This document shows, in pieces, positions 54,090-64,000 of a DNA stretch of 64,000 nucleotides. A program made the translations under genes and the position numbers. Within the stretch, counting starts at the first letter, position 1; the number at the start of each line of letters is the position of its first letter. Where the stretch lies: assembly GCA_003971905.1 (NCBI GenBank), contig RSEE01000052.1:434001-498000 (forward strand), written 5' to 3'. This DNA is from Moniliella sp. 'wahieum'. Lineage: Eukaryota. The notes beneath the pieces are model-generated. The model ran no database searches and was not told the origin of the DNA. It saw nothing but the letters and a program-made list of their open reading frames with translations.

Positions 54090-56219
54090 CAGTCCACAAG
54101 TTGAACAATGTTGTGGTGGACGCATATGAAAGAAGTTGCACGGGGATATCTGTTACGGGCGCGAAGGCGGGTGGCCCGCCGCGAGCCCATCCTTTCCCCT
54201 AGTATCCCTTGCCTGGGTTATAGGTCTACGTCAAGACTAGTCTCAATTGATTGAAGTTGAGAAAACCCATACGCTCCATCGTGTCCAAAAGGGAGCATGC
54301 TCCCAAGACCAGATCAACGTTCACATCCCTTTCGTACGGCCGAAGTGGTCCATGCGTGTGGTTCTGAGTCCCTGATCGTACTAGTTATCCGACTTCACAA
54401 TGAGTCTTTGGTATTTGATTCTTGGACGCAAGTGAGTGCTAAGCTGAGCCTCCGGACCTGCACGTCAGCTGCTTCTGATGTGAGTGTCTCGATTTCGTTG
54501 GGAGACTCTCCCCGGCTCATGCCTTTTTTACGTTTCTAGTTGAGGGCGGAGAACCTGTCATGTACCTCGGGCATTTCCGGTTTGACTGTGTTCCCATTTC
54601 TGGCTGCGAGGGAGTGTTTTCCTCTTTCTCCGTTGGGTAGTTGTCTATCCCTTAATCCTGCCTGTATAACCCTTCATTCATGATCCTTTCCCCCCAACGG
54701 TTCATTTCTTCTTTTCCTTCGTCTTCTTCTTCTTCTTCATCTTAGTCGTTCGCGCTTCATCCCTTCCTTTCGCCTTTTGTCCCTGTACAACATCCTTTGC
54801 CAATTCATCCCCTTGACCAATCAATCCACTCTCATGTTACTCTAGTTCGCCAGCAGTCCTACGGACCTACTGCTCCCAGACGCCACCTGTTGGTTTTTCG
54901 GTATTCTTTTTTCGATCGGGCATCCACATTGCGGTCAATATCTAGCGTTCAGTCTATACTGTCCACGGATCCGGCGGCCATCATACAAGAGTTGTGAATG
55001 GTTCTGTCAGACAGAACTTGTCCTACCTGCTCCCTAAGGACTTGTCCTACCTGTTCAACCTTTTGGCCAACCCTTCAGAACCACGGACTCCAAGCACGTT
55101 AGTCCCGCTCGTTCCGGTGCATACGTATAACCTTGCCGCACGTGTCGAAAAGTACTAATGTCCCAATGAAGAGGCCTCGCCTCGTCTCTAGCGAGCAAGA
55201 TTCGGTTGGATCTTCCAATAGTGTTCCGGCTCGATCAACCATGAATAGCCAGTGTATATCCCTCAAGGAAATCAGACCCCTAAAAGCTATGGTTCGGGCT
55301 CGAGTCCGGGGCCCGCCCATGACAGTATCGGAGTGTTGTGTTTTTGATTCCTCGGCCAGAGGTATGAGCCAGGGTGAGATCGGCGAAGCTTGGACCCATG
55401 CCCCGTCACGGAAACTAATAGCGAACAGCAGTTGGATCTATTATCATGTCTGCAACTTCCATGATCGGCCATGCCGCTGATGGCAAGCACAGAAGGACTG
55501 ACTGCAATTTTCCGTGACTCGCGTGCTCCAGATTAGATATGGCCGCGTCTCGTTCCCCTCCTTCCTTTTCTCCCTGTTGCACGGAAGGTCAGACTAGCGT
55601 CACGAGTTTACAAGAAGCTGTAGAAGACTAGTAGTGTGAAGGCAGTTAATTGGGTATTGCATTGCACATGAGCCACAGATGAGGCTAGAAACTACTCTTG
55701 CCCTCCAGGAAGGAATATTGGAAGAAATGAACCGGAAGGTTCCGGGCTTGGGCTTCCGTCGCCACTACACAAGTACGGCGTCACATCACCACCAGCCCAA
55801 GGACGCTAGCGACGGGTTTCCCTCAATCTCTCGAGCTCAATCTCCACCACAACCTATATAGGCACGGGAGTGGCCAGGTGCGGGGAGATCCGGGATATAG
55901 GACCCAGTCGCGGTCACGCAGTGGCTCCAGGACCTTGTATCCCAGGCTCTTGGTGCGGAGGTCGGAACGTTGTCCACACCCTTGACTGTTTCCGTCCTGC
56001 ACAGCGCAAATCGTCCTTGCTTGGTATAGCGTGAAGCTAGCCACTTGTCAGTTAACCGACGTTAGGCGTTGACGGTCACCACCTACCCGGCTCCAAGTTG
56101 TCATTAATCGTGGGCGTGACCGATTTACCGCGCTCGCTCATTTTGATCGCTCTGTAACTAGTAAAGCTTAAAGCACCTTGCCCCGCCCCCATTCTTTCGC
56201 CCTGGAATGGCGAGCGGGG

Positions 56220-56640
56220 TTCAAGACGTTCAAGTTTCAAGCTTCACTTTGATCAATGAAGCCTTGGAGCTGGGAAGCGCAGTCGGGGGGTTCGTCTCAG
56301 ATCAGAGTTGCGTGTCTCAGATCAGAGGGGATGGTCTCAGACTGTCATCGGTGACCGGTGAGCGCAGAGTGTATTAAGCTTTGGGCGTTGGGTTACGCGT
56401 TACGCGTTACGCGTTACGGCAGGGGAACAGTGAATTAGTGAAACGTGAAGGGCTGCGAGGTGCCGGGCTGCCACTGTGCTTTGCAGCTGCTCTGGAACCT
56501 GCTGCCAGGTGCCACTGGGTGGAGTGTGGATGTGACCCGTGCACGCAGGAGCGCAGGAGCGCTGTGGATGACATCATGCATCATGCATCCCCATCAAATT
56601 TCAAAGCTGGTCTCAGTGTGGGATCTGAGATCGATCACAT
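56220..56640. repeat. Cluster of period-7 palindromic micro-arrays upstream of the Zn-cluster gene
   Basis: TCA-AGCT-TCA near 56237, TGA-CCGG-TGA near 56352, (TTA-CGCG)x3-TTA at 56393-56416, TCA-TGCA x2 near 56574. Confidence 0.9.
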
Positions 56641-57633
56641 GCATAGTGGACCGGCCACCTCCCGGCCACTAGGCACTCCCGGCCACACCAAGGCGCCCGC
56701 GACTCTGTGCCACCTGGCCACCCGACCAGGGATGCAGGAATCGTAGGGTTGCTCGTTAGCAGGGCGCAGTCTGGCGGAGTGGTAAGGCTAACGTCTGACA
56801 GGGACAAAGCGCCAGAGGCTAGACCGGAGGGACGGTCGAACGGAGGAGGTACATAGCAGGCCACCCAGTCGACGTGGTTTGTTTTTTTATTGCTGAGATG
56901 TGAGATCTCAGGGCGGAGTACGGCGTGACGACTGGGTACGTAGCGCACAAGGGCTACAATCAATACAGGGGCGGCGTTGCGTGGTTGGGACTGGGGGGCA
57001 GCGTGCACAAGGCCAGGGCGGAGAAGCGGCAGGTATAGCCGCTGAGGCGCTGAGGATGCGGCCACTAGCTCCCTGTGTGAATATTGAATGGGGATGGATG
57101 AGAGGATGGATGAGGGTACATTGATGTGGGGACGGTGGCGGAGGGTGGTGCTGTGGGATGCATGTGATGTGGCTGGGGTGCCTGTGATGCATGTGACAGG
57201 AGTGAGTAACTAGTGACATGGTGACACGGGACAGCGGCAGAGTGCTGGTGAGTGGGCGGCGTGCGATTCACAATGCTGGGCAGCTGCTTGGGAGCGTCCC
57301 GCTTTCGGCTGCTGGCTGCCGCGTGCGCGTTGAGGTGCTAGCCGATAGGCGCTGCACGTTGGACGTTGGACGTTGGACGTTGGGGTGGCGACACACGGTG
57401 TACTCCGAAGCGCAACCCAGCGTGTCGAGCTTACGCTTGAGCGTACGCTTGACGCTTCTTGCACACCAACCCTACTGCGCAACACAGCCCCCCAGCAGAT
57501 CGTACATCCTCCCCTCCGTCTTCCCTCCGCTCCGCCCCAGGCTGCTGGACCAGCACGCCGTCTGAGCATCAGCCAGCACGCCCACCCAGCAGCTCGTCCG
57601 CCGCCATCCGCTCCCCCCCCCACCTTCTCCGCC

Positions 57634-60600
57634 ATGCCACTCCACCCGCTGCCCCCCCCCGCCGCCCCCGCCCAGGGCATGCTCTCCATCCGCCCCGGCC
57701 CCAGCAAGCCCCCGCCCCGCAAGCGCAACCGCCTCGCCCTCAGCTGCACCCACTGCCGGTACGTCTCCCTCCCGCTCCGCTCCGCCCGCCTTGCTCACCC
57801 CCCCCCCCCCCACAGCGACCGCAAGATCCGCTGCAGCCGCGAGATCCCCTGCGAGCAGTGCATCAAGCGCGGCGACGAGCAGTCGTGCCACGTCGAGTAC
57901 TTTAAGCACCGCGCCGCCCAAGAGCGCGCCGAGCGCGAACACGACGAGACTGTCGCTGCCGTGGAGCCCAAACCGAACACCATCTCCTCGCGCTGCAAGA
58001 TCGGATCGACCAGCTGGAGAACCAGCGCCGCCAGGACCGTATCCATACCGAACGCCTCCAGGCCGCCCTCGACCAGGCCCGCCGTGCCCCCGTCCTGCTG
58101 CCGACCCCATCCCAACCGGCCGACATGGCCCAGGAGTATGCCCATCTCAAGGCGCGCATGCACCAGCTCCAAGCCCAGCTGGCCCAACGATCTCGCACCA
58201 CCGCCGATGATCCCGACCGAGCCTTGCCCCCCTCGGTCCGCAAGTACACGGCCGCCGAGGAGGAGCCTTCGCCGCGACCCGAACCCGCCACCGACGCGGA
58301 AAATGCAGTGGCCATGCTGGAGACGTTGGTCAACCAGCCCCCCGTGCCACCGCCGGCGCCCAAGGGCCAGAGCCGCATGGCCGACCGCATGGCCGTCTCG
58401 CGCCTAGTGCATGCCCACAACTCGGATCGCAAGGTGGCCTCCCACCGGCCCAGCCCGGCTGCCCGCCCTATCAAGCTGGATCCCTTGGTGCCCTTACCGC
58501 AAGAGGGCATGGAGCGGCCCTACCCTCCGCTGTCCAACCCTGCCTTGGCCCAGGCCGACATGGCGTCCGGACCTTCCTTTTCCGCGCGCGAGATGCGGGA
58601 CGATGCGTCATCGTCGGCGCATTCGGAAATGCGCTCGACCCAATCCGTTCGCTCCACGCGCTCCAGCGCCGGCACGCCACCCACCGAGGTGGAGGAAGAG
58701 TGGGATGGCGAGGCGGACTTGACGGCCCACCTGGGTGCCAAGCACAAGGGTCTCCTCAAGGTCTACAATGGCTCCGAGACCAAGCTTGGTTTGGGGTGGG
58801 CTGGACGTTTGCCGCGGCGGCCGAGAAGGGCGAGTTTGAACAAATCCGCCAAAGGTACCTTGATGCCGGAGAAGGCTTGGGCGACGGACAAGCGGAACGC
58901 GAAGCCATCTTGCGCACCATCTTGCGCACCTTGCCCACGCGCGAGGTGATGTACGACTTGTTTGATTCGTACGAGCAACGCGCCAACTTTATCCACACGC
59001 GCGCCGTGCACGTTTGGCCAGGTCAAGCGCGAATTGGACACGCTGTTGGCATGTCCGGACGAGGCGTCGCGCGCCCACGTACTCAACGTGCTCGATACCG
59101 GATGGCTGGCCTTGCTCCTCATGCTGCTCGTGCTCGGCCTCAAATTTTACCCTTGCCCCGACGCGGAGAAGAACAATGAACGGTTGTCCCTTGGTTTGCT
59201 CAATGCGTCGTGCACCATGAACTGCTGGTACTCATCAGCCAAGACGATTGTTGCCATGCTCAATTACGGTGTGACCAACCCGACCCTGTCGCTGATCCAG
59301 GCCATGCTGTGCATTGACCTCCACGGCGCGGAAGATGAGTCGACCATGCAGTGGCTCCAAAAGGCCGCCCAGCATGCCGCCCGCGTTTTGGGCATTGACC
59401 GTCTCGGACGTCCGACCGTGGCGAGCGGCGCTGAGGGCGCCGAGGGCGAGTCGGAACAAGAGTTGATGATGCGGTACGAGATGGGCAAACGAGTTTTGGT
59501 CCCTCGTCTCGCGCGACTGGTACGCGTCCCAAATCGCCGGCTTGCTCTACAATATCATCATCCCCGACCAATTCTCCACCCCCAAGCCGGGCAACTACAA
59601 TGATGCCGACTTGGAACAGATGGTCGTGCCTGCGCCCCGGCCCGAGGCGAATACACCGATGCGTCCTATGCCCTGGCCCGGGCCGCGCTGGGCAACACGA
59701 TCCGCAAACACACGGATCTCATCAACCGTCGTGCAGCCGAGATGGGGATCAATGCGTTCCTCGTCCGTTTGCACCCGGACGATGTGGCGCTGCTCGACGC
59801 TTCGTACCGTTCGTTGTTGGAGGTGGAGTTTCCCTTGTTTTACCGCATGAAGAACCCCACCACGCCCCCGACCCAGTGTGGCCATGGAACGCGCCCTGTT
59901 GCACAACATTATCTTTTCCCAGTTGTTGCGCCTCCACCGTTTTTCCCTCTCGTCGCGCGACGAAGGCCTGGACGGCGTGCAGGCCCGGGTGGGCGGACGG
60001 GATACGTGTGTGCTGTTGGCGCGCAGCATGTTGAATGCGCTCGGGACGCTGCAACAAGGCATCACGGCAATTGGTCGACTGTGGTGCTTGCGTGGCCACC
60101 TGTTCCAGGCGGCGGCGGTGTTGGTGCTGGACCTGGCCCTGAGGCCGCAACTGCGCACCAACCGTGCCCAAGTCCGCAAACAAGTCATGACGGCCGTCAT
60201 GGCGTTGCGCTTTGTGCTGCACTACAACCCGCCGTCAAACGGTCGTTGCGCATCTTGCTCGGCCTGCTGGCGGAAGAAGATGGGCAGTGGAAACAACGCG
60301 TGCAGGCTGTCGGCCCGCACGTGGAACCTGTCCCACCTCTACCCGGTACACGCACCATGCTCGCCCTCGCCTTGCGCATCCGCGCCGTCATTTCCCAGCA
60401 ACACAACGCCGACTTGTCCCCGAGCGAAAGCACCCAGATGGAACAGGCCGTGGCCTACGTCACCTCCACCGCGCTGGGCCGACTTGGCCAACCCCACCTT
60501 GTCCCCACCCGACGTGGCCGTCGACGGCTCCAGCCCAGGCACCAGAACCGGCACAGACGCCCCCGCCGGATCCTGGTTCACCTTGCCTTCCAACTTTGGC

Positions 60601-61370
60601 ACCCAAGTCGCCGCGCTCGGCGGCGGCGGCAGCTCCCAAATGCCCGTCGCTTTCTTACCGGCGGAATGAGTTCTATGGGCTGCTTGCGTCCGTCCAGTAC
60701 TCTCTTGCCCCCCTTGTCCGCCCAGATACTTTCTCCCAAACCGCCTTTGACTTCCACTTCGAATTCGCCTTTGGCGTTGCGCTCTTCGGCTTCGACTTCT
60801 GCTCCGACTTCTGCTCCGACTTCTGCTTCGGCTTCGGCTTCTGCTTCTGCTTCTGCTTCTGCTTCTGCTTCTTCTGCTTCTGCTTCTGCTTCTGCTTCTG
60901 CTTCAACGATGGCTTCAACAATGACGTTAGGTTCCAGCTCGGGATCCCCACCGGGCTCCTCCCCGCCCTACGTTTCCTCTACCCACACGCTCTTCCGTCC
61001 CGGCCTGACCCAGCCACCGTTAAGTGGCTACGCCAGCATCCTCCCTGACCCGGCCTTGGTCGCGCCCGGCGATGACTTTAGCCTGTCGGCCTTTTTGTCC
61101 CAACACGCTGCCCTCTCACCACCAACGATCCCAGTCACCGTCCCCTCGGGCCCGTGCCCGTGCCCGCTCCCACCCACCCACGACCACGACGTTGCGTCCC
61201 CCGACTACGACCCCAGGGACACGGCGTGCCACGCCCGCGACGGCACTCTGCCCGGTGGCTTGGGCGGACTGCCGCCCTCGGCCCCCGCGCCCCACGGTAC
61301 GAATACCAGTGTCGATGCTTTCTTCCGCTGGGTGCTGGACCAGGGCGGGTCGTACCCCCCCGTGGAGTAG
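57634..61370 (+). CDS. Zn(II)2Cys6 fungal transcription factor (intron 57759-57815; frameshifted)
   Basis: After splicing GTACGT..CAG: RKRNRLALSCTHCR|DRKIRCSREIPCEQCIKRGDEQSC. Middle homology region GWLALLLMLLVLG, NPTLSLIQAMLCI, ARVLGIDRLG, STPKPGNYNDADL; Ser/Ala-rich tail. Confidence 0.92.
60784..60904 (+). repeat. Coding (GCTTCT)n repeat, a poly-Ser/Ala tract
   Basis: Reads SASTSAPTSAPTSASASASAS... in the C-terminal ORF. Confidence 0.9.
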
Positions 61371-61786
61371 GAGCGCGTACGCTAAGGTGACGGTGACGGT
61401 GACGGTGGGCGGGGCAGAACGGGAGAGCAGGGCACTGCCCGATCGGGTCGGGTTGTATTTTTATCTCGGTATGAACGTGCGGGTGTTGGTATTGGTATTG
61501 GTACAGGTATGCATGCATTGTGCGATTGGACTCGGGGATAGGGAGGGACTAGGGACTAGGGATTAGGGATTAGGGATGGGACTGGTGATTACTTGGTGCT
61601 GGTCGTAGCGGATGGGCTTCCGTGGAGCTTGGCAAGGCAGGCTCCAAGGGTCTCGTGCGTGGCTGAGGGGCGGGAAGAACGAGAACGAGTAGGATAAGTA
61701 GGCTACAGGAGGATGGCGACTTGTGTTCTATCTGTTCTTACGCGGATCGAAGAAGGGATGTGCGGTGTGCGTGTACTTAGTTGGCT

Positions 61787-61978
61787 TATAATAGGTTGAC
61801 TGATCTCGCTCCGTCCCCCATTTCTCCATACTCCTTCGTCCCGAACCTCTCGCTCTTTCCCCATTCTTCCGCTTCGCACCAGGCCTCTGCTCTTGCGTCT
61901 TCCCCACTGCACGAACGAGTGCTACGTTCCTTGACCTACACTCTCGACGTCGCTCTCGCCTTGGCATCGACCGTGGCA
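61787..61978 (+). mobile_element. Degenerate solo LTR of the same gypsy family
   Basis: ATAGGTTG.CTGATCTCGCTC, CATTTC, CTCGCTCTTTCC, CTTCGCACCA, GAACGA.TGCTAC and CCTTGACC match the LTR at 20947; termini eroded. Confidence 0.8.
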
Positions 61979-62611
61979 GTACCGGATGTGTGGTTTGGCA
62001 TGGCCGAGACCAAAGGGCGGCGCGGGCTTCCCATTGCAGCTCTGCCCCGGGGCTCAGCGCCCAGGCACCGTAGGTAGCGTGAGACGCACGCGGCTGGATG
62101 TGGCACGGTCAAAGTGCCGCGTCGGCCAAGTGGACTCCGTATCTACGCGTTCACGCGCGTTCACTGGGCGACAGGCACTGTCACATATATACAGTCAGTT
62201 GACTGATACCCGCGTTGTCACCGACACGGCCCATGGCAGGTGGCTCCGTCCGCTTCCTTCCCCTCCTGACGGTGTCGAGTATTCCGTTGCCTCTTCCTAG
62301 GCAGGCTATGGGGGCATGGTTCTGTTACTGCCACGTGGTTAGCAGTAGGTCTGACTCGTTTTCTTTCAGTTAATTCATAGCTTTGGTAGTACTACCTACT
62401 AATTAATACTCAGAAGGGTTTCTTTTCTTTTGTAGCAATGCCTGTATTTGGCCTCCCACCACCTGTATCCCGCTCCCGCTTGTACTCGATACTCCTCCTC
62501 TCTCTCCGCTGTATCCGCTCTGTGCAGCGTAGCGACTCCGGGGTCCCGATTGCGTTCTGGCATACTTGTGTCGCGGAGTTCCGTAGAGACAAGAGAAGAA
62601 AAAAAATATCA

Positions 62612-62702
62612 CGCCTCACGCGGGACTCGAACCCGCAGCCGTGGGATGGCCGTTTAAGCACTGCTTAAAAGTCCCAAATTCTACCGATTGAAATAGCGAG
62701 GC
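62612..62702 (-). tRNA. tRNA-Lys(TTT) with an 18-nt intron (62665-62648)
   Basis: Acceptor GCCTCGC/GTGAGGC; anticodon stem TGGGA/TCCCA with loop CT-TTT-A|intron|A; T-arm GCGGG-TTCGAGT-CCCGC; downstream T-run terminator. Confidence 0.9.
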
Positions 62703-63436
62703 CGAGTTGTTCGCCGGGGGGGCGTGGGCCACTCGTACGTAACCCTCCAGCTCCATCTCCATCTCCATCTCCATCTCCATCTCCATATTGTCTGGTCCAC
62801 ACCAGGTTGTTATGCGTTGTGTGGCGACCCCGTCGATCGACTGGAACGACAGAAGGTGGGATGGTGTATTGCCTGCCTTTTCCCCAACTTACCATATCAA
62901 CGCGTACTTATAGTACTTGTATCCCCGCAGGGTGGCGCACAGCTGGTAAGGTACAGCCATTCTCTTGTCAGCCTGCAAGAGCTGAGCTTGCGCCGGCGGG
63001 GGTCCAACCTCTCCTGCGTCTCCGCCGCGATAGGGTTCCGCTCTGGACTCGATTCCTCATCTCTTGGTGATACCTGGCGGAGTGTTGATGGTCCTCGAGG
63101 GCGCAACATATCTCTTTTCCACTACTGTTGGACCAAGAACCAGTGTAGGCATATTACAAACAAGGGAAGTACAGACATAGTTGAAGTCCGCATTGTTGGC
63201 ATATAGTCCAGTCTGGGTCGTCTTCGGTGGGCATGGCGAGCATGGCCATCAAATGGCGAAGAGCAGAGTTAAGTCAGCGCTAAGCAGTCCTAGTACTTTA
63301 TCTGGACGAGATCACTTCCCCCCCGCCCTCTCCCGATGCTCAGGTACACGGTACCCACATCCTCGTCACACGCCTCAGGGGCGAGGCCTACATGTCCGGC
63401 TTCAGAAGCGGTAGGCCATTTCAATACGATGCAATC

Positions 63437-63848
63437 CTAGCCCAGAACGGCATTCTTCTTTTTCTTCTTCTTTACCCCCTCCTCCCTTGACAAACGTTCT
63501 CCACCCATCCACTCGTTCGTCCCGCGTCTCCTCCCACTGCTTGGCATCTTCCGCTCTTCTCTTGCGCTCGCGGATCGTATCCTCCCGCTTCTTCGACTCG
63601 GCTCCTTCAGCAGCGTGCTGCAGTCGTACCGCCCGACGCCGACGAAGCTCGTCGTCCACCATGATTTCCTGCGTGTGGGTCCTCAGTTTCTCCTCAAACG
63701 ATTTGCCCATCGCTTGGATCCGTGGATGGTCCGAGGGCGTATCCGGTGGCAAGTCAAGTTCGCGCAACAAGGTCAGTCGTGCTTCCATCACCACCTCGTC
63801 CAATTTCTTCCGCGCCGTCTCATCCAGGAGCTGGCTCGACGCTTTCTT
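63437..63848 (-). CDS. SPF31: 3' exon of a DnaJ protein of the DNAJC8/Spf31 family; the gene continues upstream through an intron
   Basis: EIMVDDELRRRRAVRLQHAAEG..RERKRRAEDAKQWEETRDERVDGWRTF followed by a Lys-rich end; AG acceptor at 63850-63849. The J domain is not in view. Confidence 0.75.
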
Positions 63849-64000
63849 CTAACAGATCAAACGCTTCCACCGCTCGTGCTGGGATAAGTCAGTCTTCTCT
63901 TCTTCCCATGGCACACCCCACGTGGGAGCAAAAGGTGCCAAAGAACAACAGGGAAGGAAATCGATACGAGCCACACATACGGTGCTGCACCTTGTCGGGG

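Noticed and set aside
61545..61580. Telomere-like TTAGGGA/CTAGGGA repeats
   Set aside because: Only about four degenerate 7-mers in a 3' flank, interstitial, and not (TTAGGG)n.
62745..62786. (CTCCAT)n hexamer giving His-Leu or Gly-Asp repeat ORFs
   Set aside because: An ordinary microsatellite upstream of tRNA-Lys; the ORFs show no coding evidence.

Overview
Eukaryotic, fungal DNA. It is probably an intron-poor basidiomycete; Ustilaginomycotina-like is an inference from the short GT..AG introns and a beta-tubulin in which I found only one intron. The window has three compartments. (1) About 1.3-22.9 kb is gene-poor and lower in GC. It follows the 5' part of a PKA regulatory subunit gene and holds decayed Ty3/gypsy (probably chromovirus) and possible Ty1/copia relics, short LTRs, and one spliced CENP-B/pogo-type HTH gene. 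(2) About 22.9-50.7 kb is a compact GC-rich housekeeping block: tRNA-Arg, DRS2 flippase, SMC3, a secreted unknown protein, PP2A-B56, SEC66, a vWA protein, beta-tubulin, a CUE protein, PAN2 and a LEU5-like carrier. (3) About 50.7-64 kb is a second gene-poor tract, followed by a Zn2Cys6 factor, a solo LTR, tRNA-Lys and the 3' exon of a DNAJC8/SPF31 gene. Nearly every conserved gene is broken by many 1-nt indels, most likely unpolished long-read errors, so CDS coordinates are gene spans, not clean ORFs. The most striking unexplained signal is a period-7 pattern in non-coding DNA: TCA (or TGA/TTA/TAA) plus a 4-bp palindrome, repeated in phase. I saw 13 of the 16 possible palindromic cores, mixed-core arrays, and one array that appears to have grown in place from a seed inside a dispersed repeat.
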